DNA from: Gemmatimonadota bacterium
GTDB lineage: Bacteria; Gemmatimonadota; Gemmatimonadetes; Gemmatimonadales; GWC2-71-9
NCBI GenBank assembly: GCA_022562295.1
Contig: JADFPO010000006.1
Location: forward strand, 4,477-68,476
Reading direction: 5' to 3'
DNA length: 64,000 nt
Each line of letters begins with the position of its first letter. Position 1 is the first letter of the stretch. Shown piece by piece: positions 29,736 through 39,959 of the stretch. The notes beneath the pieces are model-generated. The model worked only from the letters and a program-made list of their open reading frames with translations, had not been told where the DNA came from and did not search any database. Both the position numbers and the translations under genes were made by a program.

Positions 29736-30179
29736 ATGGGGACGAATGCGACAAACAATACGCGCGTCGATCAAATCGACGGGCCCATTCGGGTCCTGGT
29801 GGCCAAACCGGGACTGGACGGCCACGATCGGGGGGCAAGAATCGTCGCCACGGCGCTGCGTGATGCAGGAATGGAGGTCATCTATACGGGGCTGCATCAA
29901 ACGCCCGAGATGATTGTCAACGCTGCGGTGCACGAAGACGTCGATGTTGTCGGGCTCTCGATACTGTCGGGGGCGCACATGACATTGGTACCGCGAATCC
30001 GGGAACTGCTCGCCGACGAGGGGCGGGAAGACGTGTTGCTGGTTGTCGGAGGGATCGTGCCCCAAGATGACGCCGAGCGCCTCGAGCGAAACGGTGTGTC
30101 GAAACTCTTTGGACCGGGCACGCGAACGGGAGAAATCATCGAGTACATCACGAATTGGGCGGAGCAGCGTCGCCGGTGA
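29736..30179 (+). CDS. methylmalonyl-CoA mutase-type cobalamin-binding small subunit
   Basis: 147 aa reading [35 protein letters not shown]...[11 protein letters not shown] (DxHxxG B12-binding motif). Confidence 0.85.
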   Translation: MGTNATNNTRVDQIDGPIRVLVAKPGLDGHDRGARIVATALRDAGMEVIYTGLHQTPEMIVNAAVHEDVDVVGLSILSGAHMTLVPRIRELLADEGREDVLLVVGGIVPQDDAERLERNGVSKLFGPGTRTGEIIEYITNWAEQRRR

Positions 30180-31789
30180 CCAGCGCCGCCAAGACGAAGA
30201 AGAATCGGCTGCGAGATCTCACGGACGAGTATCTCGAGTTGGCGATCCGCCTGCGCCAGGGTGGCGGCGCCGCCAAGATCGAGAAGCAGCACAAAGCGGG
30301 TAAGCTCACCGCGCGTGAGCGGGTCACCGCCCTACGTGATCCAGGCAGCACGTGGCTCGAGATCGGCTTGCTTGTGGCGTACGACCAATACGATGGCAAC
30401 GCGCCCTCAGTAGGCGTGGTGACGGGCGTGGGAATTGTACACGACAGGCCAGTCGTTGTGGTTGCGAACGATGCCACGGTGAAGGCCGGTTCGTGGTGGC
30501 CCGAGACGATCAAAAAGATTTTGCGGGCGCAAGAAGTGGCGATGCGTCAGCACATACCAATCATCTATCTAGTGGATTCGGCGGGAGTGAATCTGCCGTA
30601 TCAAGGCGGTGTGTTCCCTGGTCAGTACGGGGCGGCCCGGATATTCTACTATAACTCCATCATGCGGCGTTATCTGCACGTTCCCCAGATTTCGGCCGTC
30701 ATGGGGCCGTGCATTGCGGGTGGCGCGTACTTGCCGGCGCTGTCCAACGTCATCTTCATGGTCGATGGCACGTCGTTCATGGGTTTGGGCGGACCAAACC
30801 TCGTCAAAGGCGCTACAGGCCAGGATGTCGATGCGGAGGCGTTAGGGGGCGCACGCACTCATACGACGAAGAGCGGGGTCGCCCACTATCGGGCGAAGAG
30901 CGACGAAGATTGTATCGAACGAATTCGTGATTACGTTGCTCGGCTGCCACCGGGCGGAACCGGCGACGCGACCCGCCCCCGGCACTCCATGCCGGGTCGT
31001 CCTGCATCAGATCTCTACGACATCCTGCCGTCGGACCACCGCATGGCCTACGATATGCGTGCCGTACTGGCCTGTCTGCTCGACGACGGCGTGATCGACG
31101 AGTTTCAGCAGGACATTGGCGGCGAAATGCTGTGCGGCCACGGCGCCATCGAGGGCTACACCGTGGCGGTCATAGCCAACCAACGAGGGATAATCAAAGG
31201 ACGGGACGAGGAGCCTCCTCGGTCTGGCGGCATCGTGTACACGGAGAGCGCCGAGAAGGTGGCGTATTTCATCGAAACGGCCAATCGAGAGGGGATACCT
31301 ATTCTGTTCGTTCAGGACGTGAGCGGATTCATGGTCGGTCCCGAGGCCGAACACTCGGGGATTATTCGGGCAGGGGCGCGGTTGGTAGAGGCGATGGCAA
31401 CGACACTGGTGCCGAAGATCGTCCTCACGGTCAATCACGCATCCGGTGCCGGATACTACGCCATGGCGGGACAGGGCTTCGACCCCGACTTCATCTTTTC
31501 CTGGCCAACAGGCCGCATGGCAGTTATGGAAGGTGAATCGGCGGTTGCGGCGGTGTTCGGCGAAAAGGTGGACGACCCGGAATTATCAGACGATATAGAA
31601 AAGATGCGACAAGACTACGAACATCAGCTCGACGCGAAGTTCGCCGCCGCTCGCGGTTACGTGGACGCGATCGTCACGCCGGAAGAGACACGCGATCAAT
31701 TGGCGCTGGCACTCCGAGCGGCGGCGCAATGGTCGGGCCCGCACCTCGGGGCCTTCGTGCTGCCACCTTTCGACCGACGGCAACCATGA
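30176..31789 (+). CDS. acyl-CoA carboxylase carboxyltransferase (beta) subunit
   Basis: About 537 aa with [22 protein letters not shown] and two crotonase-like CT domains. The GTG start overlaps the upstream stop (GTGA at 30176-30179). The substrate (propionyl-, methylcrotonyl- or geranyl-CoA) cannot be decided by eye. Confidence 0.85.
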   Translation: MTSAAKTKKNRLRDLTDEYLELAIRLRQGGGAAKIEKQHKAGKLTARERVTALRDPGSTWLEIGLLVAYDQYDGNAPSVGVVTGVGIVHDRPVVVVANDATVKAGSWWPETIKKILRAQEVAMRQHIPIIYLVDSAGVNLPYQGGVFPGQYGAARIFYYNSIMRRYLHVPQISAVMGPCIAGGAYLPALSNVIFMVDGTSFMGLGGPNLVKGATGQDVDAEALGGARTHTTKSGVAHYRAKSDEDCIERIRDYVARLPPGGTGDATRPRHSMPGRPASDLYDILPSDHRMAYDMRAVLACLLDDGVIDEFQQDIGGEMLCGHGAIEGYTVAVIANQRGIIKGRDEEPPRSGGIVYTESAEKVAYFIETANREGIPILFVQDVSGFMVGPEAEHSGIIRAGARLVEAMATTLVPKIVLTVNHASGAGYYAMAGQGFDPDFIFSWPTGRMAVMEGESAVAAVFGEKVDDPELSDDIEKMRQDYEHQLDAKFAAARGYVDAIVTPEETRDQLALALRAAAQWSGPHLGAFVLPPFDRRQP

Positions 31790-34752
31790 AGTCAACTCCT
31801 CCGACCAAGCCCTACCTGTTCTGGCTCGTGATGGTCCTGCTCAGTATCGGAGCATGCGCCAGGCCGGGAGCCGAGCCCACAGATCCCGCGCCGATAAACG
31901 GTGAGGAAAACGAATCGGCCGATACACCAGACGAATCCGAAGAAGACGAAGAGCCGGCCCCACGGCCCACGGAGCCGTTCCTGCCGGCTCGTACGGCGCA
32001 GCTGGCCGGCCTGATGCCGCTCAGGAGCACAGGTGTCGAGGCGTTCGTGGCCGAAGATTCCACGTACGACGGTCGAGGCGTCCTGATCGGCATCCTCGAC
32101 AGCGGGCTCGATCTGGGCCTGCCGGGTCTCGCAACCACGACCACCGGCGAGCGAAAAGTACTGGACGTGCGGGACTTCTCGGGCGAAGGCCATGTGGAAC
32201 TGGAGGAAATCACCGTTGCCGGAGATACTGTTTCGTTCGGCGGCGCCACGCTTACCGGCTTTGGGCGTGTCGCGAGCTACGCGACCCCTCCTTTCTACGC
32301 AGGCTTGTTTCGGGAGCTTCCCCTCGGAGACGTTCCCGCCGCCGACGTGAACGGCAACGGCACCAACACGGACGAGTTGCCGGTGTTCGTCGTGAGAACA
32401 CCGACCGCGTGGGGTGTAGTGACTGACACCGATGGCGACGGCCGGCTCGACGATGAGGTGCCGACGCACGACTTCGCGATTGCTGCCGAAACATTCACGT
32501 ACGGACGCAAGGACGGCGACCACGATGGCGGCCCGATTACGATCGCTGTCAACCTCCAAGAGCGCGACGGCCGACCGGCGCTCACGCTGTTCTTCGACAA
32601 TTCCGCGCACGGGAGTCACGTTGCCGGTATCGCAGCCGGCCACAACATGTTCGGCGTCGACGGGTTCAACGGCGTTGCCCCGGGCGCCAAACTGATCAGT
32701 CTAAAGATTGCCAACAACGCGAGGGGCGGCCTGTCGGTTACCGGCAGCATGCTGCGCGCCATGAACTATGCCGCCGACTTCGCGCAGCAGCGGGGGTTGC
32801 CGCTCATACTCAACATGAGCTTCGGCGTCGGCAACGAGGTCGAGGGCCACGCCGCCATCGATTCGCTCGTCAGTGAGTTCGCACTCAAGCATCCCGATGT
32901 GCTGTTCGTGATAAGTGCGGGCAACGAAGGCCCCGGCGTGTCGACACTGGGATTTCCGGGATCGGCGGAGCACATCTTGTCCGTCTGCGCGCTGTTCCCC
33001 GGCGCGTTCTCCGGGCCTCGCCCGCCTGGTTTGGCCATCGACTCGGATGTGATCGCCGAGTTTAGCTCCCGGGGCGGCGAGGTCGCACGACCAGACCTGT
33101 GTGCCCCGGGATTGGCCTATTCCAATGTGCCGAAGTGGAACCTGGGCGAGGAGATATCGGGTGGGACGAGCATGGCCGCCCCGCAGGTGGCAGGTGCGGC
33201 CGCGCTGCTGCAATCGGCCATGCTGCAGAACAATCGGGTCGCGCGGGCAACGGATTTGCGGCAGGCGCTGATCGCTTCCGCGCAGCCGGCGCGCGGAGGC
33301 ACGTTTGTCGATATGGGAGCCGGCGTGCCCTGGGTTCCTCGAGCCTACAGATGGTTGATGGCGGGTCATCAGGCCGGCGTGTACTCAATAAGGGCCCAGC
33401 CCGACGGTGGCAACACGTCAGTCTCCGACGGAGCCTACCGACGCAACGGACTGCAATCCCCTGGAGATACCATTCAACGATTCGTAGTGCGCTCGGTGGC
33501 GGGGCAGCCCGCTGCGCGCCTGTGGCTGAAGTCCGATCAGCGGTGGCTCCGCACGCCGGAGTCGGTGGAGTTTGCCGGCGGTCCGGCAACGATCGAGTTG
33601 ACATACGATGCCCGGCGGCTCCGCACGCCTGGTCTGTACGTCGGAACCGTGTCCGCCACGCCGGCGAGCGACACGTTGGCGGGTCCCGCCTTTTGGCTCA
33701 GTAACACGATCATCGTTCCGCAGCGTCTCGACCAACCGTTCGTCGAAGGAAGGGACCTCGGCCCGGGGCGTCTGCAACGGTATTTCTTTGACGTTCCCGA
33801 AGACGCCGGCGGGCTAACGGTGGAGATGGAATTGCGGTACCAGATGCAGCGCGGATCGTTATTCCTCTTCGAACCGGATGGCCAGCCGTTTCGTGGCGGA
33901 AGCAAAGAAGATGCGGGCCGCGGATCCAGCAAAGTCATCATGGTTGTCCGCGGAGAAGACCTCGTTCCGGGTGTGTATGAAGCGGTCATCGCCGCGCCCT
34001 CCACGAGCGCGCTGACCTATGACATTCGAGCCGGATTGCCGCGGTTTACGATCGATCCCCCGAACGCGGAGCCTCGCGTCACCATTCGAAAGCGGGAGGG
34101 CGCGCCAGAACTCATACAAGACGCCGCTGTGTTCCAAAAGGAAGCCAAAGATTCCACGCGCAATGACGTGGATGATGTAGAGGTGTCCGCAAGCGATATC
34201 GGTGCGGTGCGTACGGTTCGGGTGTCTGGTGAGGCGTCGGTGCCACAGCACATAGCGGTGCCGGTACCGGACTGGGTGGGTGACATGGTCGTCGATGTGG
34301 AGCTTCCCGAGGGCACGTGGAGTCAGATGACGGACTTCGGGGTCACGCTCTTCGATTCCGCCGGCGCACAGGTTGGGCTGGGACCCTTGACCTACGGATT
34401 CGGCCGACACGAGTTCGAGCTCCGCCGCCGGCACCGCGGCCAGACACTCGACATCGAGCTGTTCCCGGCGTTTGCCCACATGGAGGCTCCACCAGCCTGG
34501 AGTGCCGTGGTCACAATTTATCTGATAGCGCGCAGAGCGACCGATCTCAAATCGCCGGCCGCCGACAGCTCGGGAGTTGTCCGCACCTCGCAAGACATCA
34601 CCGAAGTCGTCTTCGTCCTCCCCGAGGAAGAACGCGAGATGCCGGATGGGTTTGAGCGGCTCGTCGAGATCCTCGCGAGCCCGGCGGCGGGAGCGTCCTC
34701 ACGACGGTGGGCGCGGTGGGGGCGCGGGGCCGCTGGGGCACGGGAGCGCTGA
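31786..34752 (+). CDS. S8 subtilase, tripeptidyl-peptidase-II-like lipoprotein
   Basis: Lipoprotein signal [24 protein letters not shown]. Catalytic Asp (GILDSGLD), His (HGSHVAGIAAG) and Ser (GGTSMAAPQVAGAAALL) are present. A roughly 175-aa insert separates Asp from His and there is a long C-terminal extension, as in TPPII-type enzymes. There is an ATGA overlap with the upstream gene. Confidence 0.85.
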   Translation: MKSTPPTKPYLFWLVMVLLSIGACARPGAEPTDPAPINGEENESADTPDESEEDEEPAPRPTEPFLPARTAQLAGLMPLRSTGVEAFVAEDSTYDGRGVLIGILDSGLDLGLPGLATTTTGERKVLDVRDFSGEGHVELEEITVAGDTVSFGGATLTGFGRVASYATPPFYAGLFRELPLGDVPAADVNGNGTNTDELPVFVVRTPTAWGVVTDTDGDGRLDDEVPTHDFAIAAETFTYGRKDGDHDGGPITIAVNLQERDGRPALTLFFDNSAHGSHVAGIAAGHNMFGVDGFNGVAPGAKLISLKIANNARGGLSVTGSMLRAMNYAADFAQQRGLPLILNMSFGVGNEVEGHAAIDSLVSEFALKHPDVLFVISAGNEGPGVSTLGFPGSAEHILSVCALFPGAFSGPRPPGLAIDSDVIAEFSSRGGEVARPDLCAPGLAYSNVPKWNLGEEISGGTSMAAPQVAGAAALLQSAMLQNNRVARATDLRQALIASAQPARGGTFVDMGAGVPWVPRAYRWLMAGHQAGVYSIRAQPDGGNTSVSDGAYRRNGLQSPGDTIQRFVVRSVAGQPAARLWLKSDQRWLRTPESVEFAGGPATIELTYDARRLRTPGLYVGTVSATPASDTLAGPAFWLSNTIIVPQRLDQPFVEGRDLGPGRLQRYFFDVPEDAGGLTVEMELRYQMQRGSLFLFEPDGQPFRGGSKEDAGRGSSKVIMVVRGEDLVPGVYEAVIAAPSTSALTYDIRAGLPRFTIDPPNAEPRVTIRKREGAPELIQDAAVFQKEAKDSTRNDVDDVEVSASDIGAVRTVRVSGEASVPQHIAVPVPDWVGDMVVDVELPEGTWSQMTDFGVTLFDSAGAQVGLGPLTYGFGRHEFELRRRHRGQTLDIELFPAFAHMEAPPAWSAVVTIYLIARRATDLKSPAADSSGVVRTSQDITEVVFVLPEEEREMPDGFERLVEILASPAAGASSRRWARWGRGAAGARER

Positions 34753-34910
34753 CCCTCACCTCACGCAGCTGACCGGCGCCACGGTCCTGTCCGCCGACCC
34801 GCCCCAAATCTTCATCGCCAGAGCCGCGCGGCACGCGCGGGTCTCAAAGAGGAAACATTGCCCTTGAGCCAGAGGCGTAGCATCCGGACCAACCTGCGGA
34901 GGGTCGAGGC

Positions 34911-36302
34911 GTGAAGCAAATGGTTCGCATCGCTTCGGGGCAGGGTTTTTGGGGTGACTGGCTCGAAGCGCCTGTCCGCCAGGTCGAGGGCGGAGCCATC
35001 GACTACCTCATGATGGATTATCTGGCCGAAGTGACGATGTCCATCATGCAAAAGCAGCGCGCCCGCAACCCCGATCTGGGATACGCCACGGATTTCGTTC
35101 CGCTGATGGAGCGGCTGCTCCCACTGCTGGTTCGGAACGGCGTCCGCGTCATCGCAAACGCAGGCGGAGTCAACCCGCGCGCCTGTGCGACCGCCGTGTG
35201 CGATCGTGCGCGCGAGCTCGGTCTCGGGGGCGGGGGGCGGGGACGGGGGCGGGGCCGGGTCAAGATCGGCGTTGTGACAGGAGACGACATACTGGAGCGA
35301 TTGCCCGACTTGCTAGCGGCGGGGCATTCGCTGGCGAACATGGACACCGGAGAGCCGCTCGAGGCGGTGCTAGGGTTGGTGCAGAGCGCCAACGCATACC
35401 TCGGCGCGTGGCCCCTGGTGGCCGGGCTGCGCTTGGGTGCCAACGTTCTCATCACCGGCCGCGTCACGGACACGGGATTGACCCTGGCTCCCATGATCCA
35501 CGAGTTCGGTTGGGCGAAGGACGACTGGAACAAGCTCGCCGCGGGCACGGTGGCCGGACATATCAACGAATGTGGAGCGCAGTCCTCGGGCGGCAACTGT
35601 ATGTATCAATGGGAGCGGATTCCCGGGATGGACGACCCCGGGTATCCGATTATCGAGGCTAGCGCGGACGGATCGTTCACGGTGACCAAGCACGCTGGAA
35701 CCGGTGGGCGCGTTTCGATACCGAGCGTCACCGAGCAACTGCTCTACGAGATGGGCGATCCCGAGAACTACATCACGCCGGATTGCATAGCCGACTTCAC
35801 GACGATTTCGTTGAGCAAGGCCGGCAAAGATCGTGTCAGGGTGTCGGGCGTGCGGGGGCGCGCGGCTACGGACTCGCTCAAGGTGTCGGTGTCGTATTCC
35901 TATGGATACAAGGCCGTGGGCACACTCGTGTACGCGTGGCCGGACGCGGTGAAGAAAGCGAAGCGGGCGGATCGCATACTGCGCACCCGGCTGGAGCGGC
36001 TCGGATTGACCTTCGAGGAGATCCTCACGGAGTTGGTGGGTGTTGACGCGACACATGGCCGGCTTGCCGGCAAACCCGATCCGGAGATCGCCGAGGTGCA
36101 GCTACGTGTCGCGGTGCGCGCCCGTGATGCGGCTCCCGTCGAGCGATTCTCCCGCGAAATTGCACCGTTGATTTTGAACGGCCCGCCCAGCGTGACTGGT
36201 TTTGCAGGTGGTCGGCCCAAGGTAGAGGAAATCGTGGCGTACTGGCCGGCGTTGATTCCGAGGACCGAAGTCCAGTCGTCGGTGGAGATCATCGAGGTAT
36301 AG
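34911..36302 (+). CDS. atuA: acyclic terpene utilisation AtuA-family protein (DUF1446)
   Basis: 463 aa reading [13 protein letters not shown]...[16 protein letters not shown]. It contains an in-frame Gly/Arg low-complexity insert ([13 protein letters not shown]). Confidence 0.8.
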   Translation: MKQMVRIASGQGFWGDWLEAPVRQVEGGAIDYLMMDYLAEVTMSIMQKQRARNPDLGYATDFVPLMERLLPLLVRNGVRVIANAGGVNPRACATAVCDRARELGLGGGGRGRGRGRVKIGVVTGDDILERLPDLLAAGHSLANMDTGEPLEAVLGLVQSANAYLGAWPLVAGLRLGANVLITGRVTDTGLTLAPMIHEFGWAKDDWNKLAAGTVAGHINECGAQSSGGNCMYQWERIPGMDDPGYPIIEASADGSFTVTKHAGTGGRVSIPSVTEQLLYEMGDPENYITPDCIADFTTISLSKAGKDRVRVSGVRGRAATDSLKVSVSYSYGYKAVGTLVYAWPDAVKKAKRADRILRTRLERLGLTFEEILTELVGVDATHGRLAGKPDPEIAEVQLRVAVRARDAAPVERFSREIAPLILNGPPSVTGFAGGRPKVEEIVAYWPALIPRTEVQSSVEIIEV

Positions 36303-36653
36303 GTGGAGACGAAGAAGAAAACCAAGAAGGTCCAGCTCGTGAAGCTCGCGCACGCCCGGAGCGGTGACAAAGGGGATACGGCCAACGTCGGACTGATCGC
36401 CCTGAAGCCGGAATTCTATCCCTTGCTCGCCAAACAAGTCACGGCGGCTCGGGTGGCTCGGCATTTTCGCGGGCTGATCCGTGGTGGTGTCGAGCGGTAC
36501 GAACTACCCAACCTCAACTCGCTCAATTTCCTGCTCCATGGAGCGCTGGGGGGCGGGGGCACGATTTCGCTCAAGACCGACGCACAAGGCAAAGTGTTCT
36601 CGACGGCTCTGCTCAGAATGGAGATCGCGGTGCCGAGAGGTCTCCGTGTCTGA
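36303..36653 (+). CDS. small AtuA-associated protein (DUF4387-like)
   Basis: 116 aa, starting at a GTG directly after the atuA stop. It reads AHARSGDKGDTANVGLIA...NFLLHGALGGGG. I recognise this as the separate C-terminal module found with split AtuA genes, from memory only. Confidence 0.6.
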   Translation: METKKKTKKVQLVKLAHARSGDKGDTANVGLIALKPEFYPLLAKQVTAARVARHFRGLIRGGVERYELPNLNSLNFLLHGALGGGGTISLKTDAQGKVFSTALLRMEIAVPRGLRV

Positions 36654-37407
36654 ACGGCTGGTGGTAGGCCTCGGGCCGGACGGAGTACTGACCGTCACAC
36701 TCAATCGGCCGGATAAGCGGAACGCCATCGATTCAGAAATGGTAGGTGCTCTGTCAGCGGAGTTGGAGCGCGCCGAGTTGGATCAAGATGTGGCGGTGGT
36801 CGTGATACGGGGCGCCGGCAAGGACTTTTGCGCGGGCGCCGATTTGGCGGAACTGCTCGCCTCCGTGGACCAGACGCTGGAGCAGAACAACGCAGATGCG
36901 GCACGTCTGGGAGCCGTGTTTACCAGCTTGCGCAGTTTGCCGAAGCCGGTCGTCGCGGTGGTGCACGGGCGTGCGCTGGCCGGCGGCTGTGGTCTGGCCG
37001 GCGCGTGCGACATGGTGCTGGCGCACGAGGATGCCGTCTTCGGGTACCCGGAGATCCAGCGTGGCTTCGTGCCGGCCATGGTCATGGCGATGTTGACGCG
37101 TTCGGTCGGAGAGAAGGTGGCTTTCGACCTCGTCGCAACGGGCCGCCTGCTTTCCGCCTCGGCCGCGATGGACATAGGATTGGTGTCGCGCGTCGTCGGT
37201 GCGGCGTCGTTCGACGAGGAAGTGGCCGGAATCGTGGGCCAACTCGCCTCGTCCAGTCCGACGGCGCTCGCGCTCATCAAGAAACAGCTTCACGAACTGG
37301 AAGGCCGTTCGTTCGACGATGCCATCGCGCTCGGCGCCAAGGTCAATGCCGTTGCGCGCAGCACGCCAGACTTCAAGGAGGCAGTGTCGAGGTTCTTGAA
37401 GAAATGA
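36646..37407 (+). CDS. enoyl-CoA hydratase/isomerase family protein
   Basis: From GTG 36646 it reads LTVTLNRPDKRNAID...GAGKDFCAGADL...VVAVVHGRALAGG (crotonase fold). It overlaps the upstream gene by 8 nt. Confidence 0.85.
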   Translation: MSERLVVGLGPDGVLTVTLNRPDKRNAIDSEMVGALSAELERAELDQDVAVVVIRGAGKDFCAGADLAELLASVDQTLEQNNADAARLGAVFTSLRSLPKPVVAVVHGRALAGGCGLAGACDMVLAHEDAVFGYPEIQRGFVPAMVMAMLTRSVGEKVAFDLVATGRLLSASAAMDIGLVSRVVGAASFDEEVAGIVGQLASSSPTALALIKKQLHELEGRSFDDAIALGAKVNAVARSTPDFKEAVSRFLKK

Positions 37408-37432
37408 ATCCCAATCGAGAGATCTCCCGCTC

Positions 37433-37759
37433 GTGTCGTTGATCGATTGCCCCGAGTGTGACGGGACCGTGTCGAACCTGGCCAGTGCATGCCCACACTG
37501 CGGGTTTCCCGTCGCCATGGGAATCAGACAGACCGTGGCGGAGGTTACCGAGACGGAGGGCGCCAGATCGGCGAGGCAGCAACAGGCCGCTGCCAAGTTA
37601 CGCGTGTGGGGTGAGCGCTACGAGCATCCCGAAAAGGCGAGGGATCAATCGTCCGCGGACGATACGTTCCTCGACCGGCATTGGAAAACGATCATGGTCT
37701 TCTTCGTCGCGATCATCGTGATCCTGCAGCTGGCCTGGGTGTTCTCGCTGTTTCAGTGA
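37433..37759 (+). CDS. zinc-ribbon protein with a C-terminal TM anchor
   Basis: 108 aa with CPECDGTVSNLASACPHCGF and a C-terminal hydrophobic helix (IMVFFVAIIVILQLAWVFSLF). Confidence 0.5.
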   Translation: MSLIDCPECDGTVSNLASACPHCGFPVAMGIRQTVAEVTETEGARSARQQQAAAKLRVWGERYEHPEKARDQSSADDTFLDRHWKTIMVFFVAIIVILQLAWVFSLFQ

Positions 37760-38428
37760 TCAACGGGCGCCGCCTGCCCGTTCTTGGTATCCGCCCGCAT
37801 AAACGATGACACACATGACCTCATAGGTTGCGTGCGTGCCGCACGCGACCCCGGCGACCCGAAAATCCTGGTTGAATATGTTGGATCGGTGCCCGCGCTC
37901 AGGGACCCCGTCGTCGACCAATAATTGCATCACGATCCGACGTCCGCTGTCGTCGTCGTAGGTGCCAAACGCGATGTTCTCTCCCACACTGCCGAGCCAG
38001 GTGCCGTAGCGGCTGCTCCGGTCCCACGGTTTGGAACCGTCGGATCCGTCATGGCCGATGGCACCCAGCGGGCCCTGGTCGGACACGTGGTCGGCGGCGG
38101 CGCGCGACAACCCGCGCGAGGTACGAAGAGTGTCGATCCGCGGTACACTCTTCAAGAAATCAGCCGCCTCCTCTACTGCTGTGGCGCCCTCTTGTGTGCG
38201 CAGTGGTATCTCCCCCGGAAACTGCAATAACGTGCCCTCGAAATACTGCAGCCACGCCTCGAGATGGGCGGCATACTCACGCGGGTTCTCTCTCACGAGG
38301 TTGTGTTCGGTGAGGATGCCGGTTTCAAGTCGCGACAGGTACGCAGCCTGGTGGGAGGACGCGACCGACAGGGGGAAGGGGAGGGGAAACAAAGCAAGAA
38401 GGGTTACGAGACAGCGGATTGAGGGCAC
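37760..38428 (-). CDS. CAP (SCP/PR-1-like) domain secreted protein
   Basis: I trimmed the start to GTG 38426-38428, which is preceded by GGAGG. A signal peptide is followed by CAP motifs (HNLVRENP...GHDGSDGS...GENIAFG...GHRSNI). Confidence 0.75.
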   Translation of the reverse strand: MPSIRCLVTLLALFPLPFPLSVASSHQAAYLSRLETGILTEHNLVRENPREYAAHLEAWLQYFEGTLLQFPGEIPLRTQEGATAVEEAADFLKSVPRIDTLRTSRGLSRAAADHVSDQGPLGAIGHDGSDGSKPWDRSSRYGTWLGSVGENIAFGTYDDDSGRRIVMQLLVDDGVPERGHRSNIFNQDFRVAGVACGTHATYEVMCVIVYAGGYQERAGGAR

Positions 38429-38584
38429 GTGACCTCCGTAGGAGCCGAATGATGGCTGCAATGTACGGCGCGGTGCGGACCGTAAGAAGCTTCCCGCACG
38501 TATCGACCTCATAGGCTTGGCCGCCGCAATGTTCTGACCATTACCCCAATTTTTTGGTGACGTACCGCGGTCGAGGCCGCGGTA

Positions 38585-39835
38585 TTGTCGGAGGTGTGCA
38601 GCAAACCGACGCTCGACGCGGCCCGCGATATGCTCGCGCGCGTGTGGGGATATGACGACTTCCGGTGGGCGCAGCGGCGAATCGTCGTCGGTGCTCTCCG
38701 CGGCCGTGATGTCCTCGCCGTATTGCCCACGGGTGGCGGGAAGTCGCTGTGTTTCCAGGTGCCGGCGCTGCTGCTTCCCGGCACCACGATCGTGGTGTCA
38801 CCACTCATCTCCTTGATGCAGGACCAAGTTGCCACGCTGCGACGCAGAGGCGTGGCAGCGGCATACCTGAGCAGCTCGCAACCGTCTCATGAACAACGGA
38901 AGGTGTGGCGCGCGTACGAACAGGGACATCTGAAGCTCCTCTACGTGGCCCCGGAGCGGATGGCGCAACTGGTGGACCGACGGGCTCCACTACCAACGCC
39001 GCTGCTCGCGATCGATGAGGCACACTGTATCAGCGAATGGGGCCACGACTTCCGGCCACATTACCGATCGCTCGGCCGCCATCGTATTGCTCTGGGCAAC
39101 CCACCGACGATTGCACTCACGGCCTCCGCCACACCGGCCACCAGGGCCGACATCGTTCGCATCCTGCGTATGCGGCGAGTCGTCACTGCCGTGAATTCAT
39201 TCGATCGGCCCAACCTTTTCTTCAGCGTACAACGTGCCAAGGACGAGGTGACACGTCTGCGGCAAACGGCTGCCCTCCTCAAGCGGCACAAACAGACTGC
39301 TATTGTCTACGTGCCGACCCGGAACCGGACGGACGGCGTGACCGCCGTGTTGCGAGGTTGGGGAGTTCCCGCGTCACCGTACCACGCCGGACTCCCCTCG
39401 ACGGACCGAACGGCATTGCTCGAAAAATTTCTCGACGGCCGCATCCGTGTCATGGTGGCGACGAACGCTTTTGGGATGGGCATCGACAAGAGCGATGTGC
39501 GGTTCGTGATCCACCTAGGAATTCCCACGCGGCCCGAGGCGTACTACCAGGAGGCAGGCCGGGCCGGGCGCGACGGTGAGCGGGCATGGTGCAAGCTGCT
39601 GTGGTTGAAGGAGGATCTTCAATTGGCCAAGTCGATGGCCGCGGAAAAGCCGTCTACGCGCGTGGGCAACTCGCCGGCCTATCTACGGGCGCGAAAGGCG
39701 GGGCTCGACACGATGCGTCGGTACGTATCCAGTCGCGGGTGCCGCCGAGAAATCCTCCTCGGCTACCTCGGCGAGGAGGAGGTGCGCTGCAGTGGGTGCG
39801 ATCGCTGTGTCAGGGGTGGCGACGGCGACGTTTGA
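38585..39835 (+). CDS. recQ: RecQ-family DNA helicase, short form (helicase core plus Zn subdomain only)
   Basis: PTGGGKSLCFQ, DEAHCISEWGHDFRP, ALTASAT, ATNAFGMGIDK, QEAGRAGRDG and the C-terminal Cys cluster CRREILLGYLGEEEVRCSGCDRC. There is no RQC or HRDC region. The start is uncertain (TTG 38585, GTG 38594 or ATG 38630). Confidence 0.85.
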   Translation: MSEVCSKPTLDAARDMLARVWGYDDFRWAQRRIVVGALRGRDVLAVLPTGGGKSLCFQVPALLLPGTTIVVSPLISLMQDQVATLRRRGVAAAYLSSSQPSHEQRKVWRAYEQGHLKLLYVAPERMAQLVDRRAPLPTPLLAIDEAHCISEWGHDFRPHYRSLGRHRIALGNPPTIALTASATPATRADIVRILRMRRVVTAVNSFDRPNLFFSVQRAKDEVTRLRQTAALLKRHKQTAIVYVPTRNRTDGVTAVLRGWGVPASPYHAGLPSTDRTALLEKFLDGRIRVMVATNAFGMGIDKSDVRFVIHLGIPTRPEAYYQEAGRAGRDGERAWCKLLWLKEDLQLAKSMAAEKPSTRVGNSPAYLRARKAGLDTMRRYVSSRGCRREILLGYLGEEEVRCSGCDRCVRGGDGDV

Positions 39836-39959
39836 GGCTTGGGCGCTTCGATGTGACCGATCCGGTTGTGGAGGAGGTGTTCGCACAAGTTATCGACCAC
39901 GACTGCTCGCTCTACAACCGCTTCGTTACGCGCGTTTCCGTGCCGATCCGTGGCTACGA

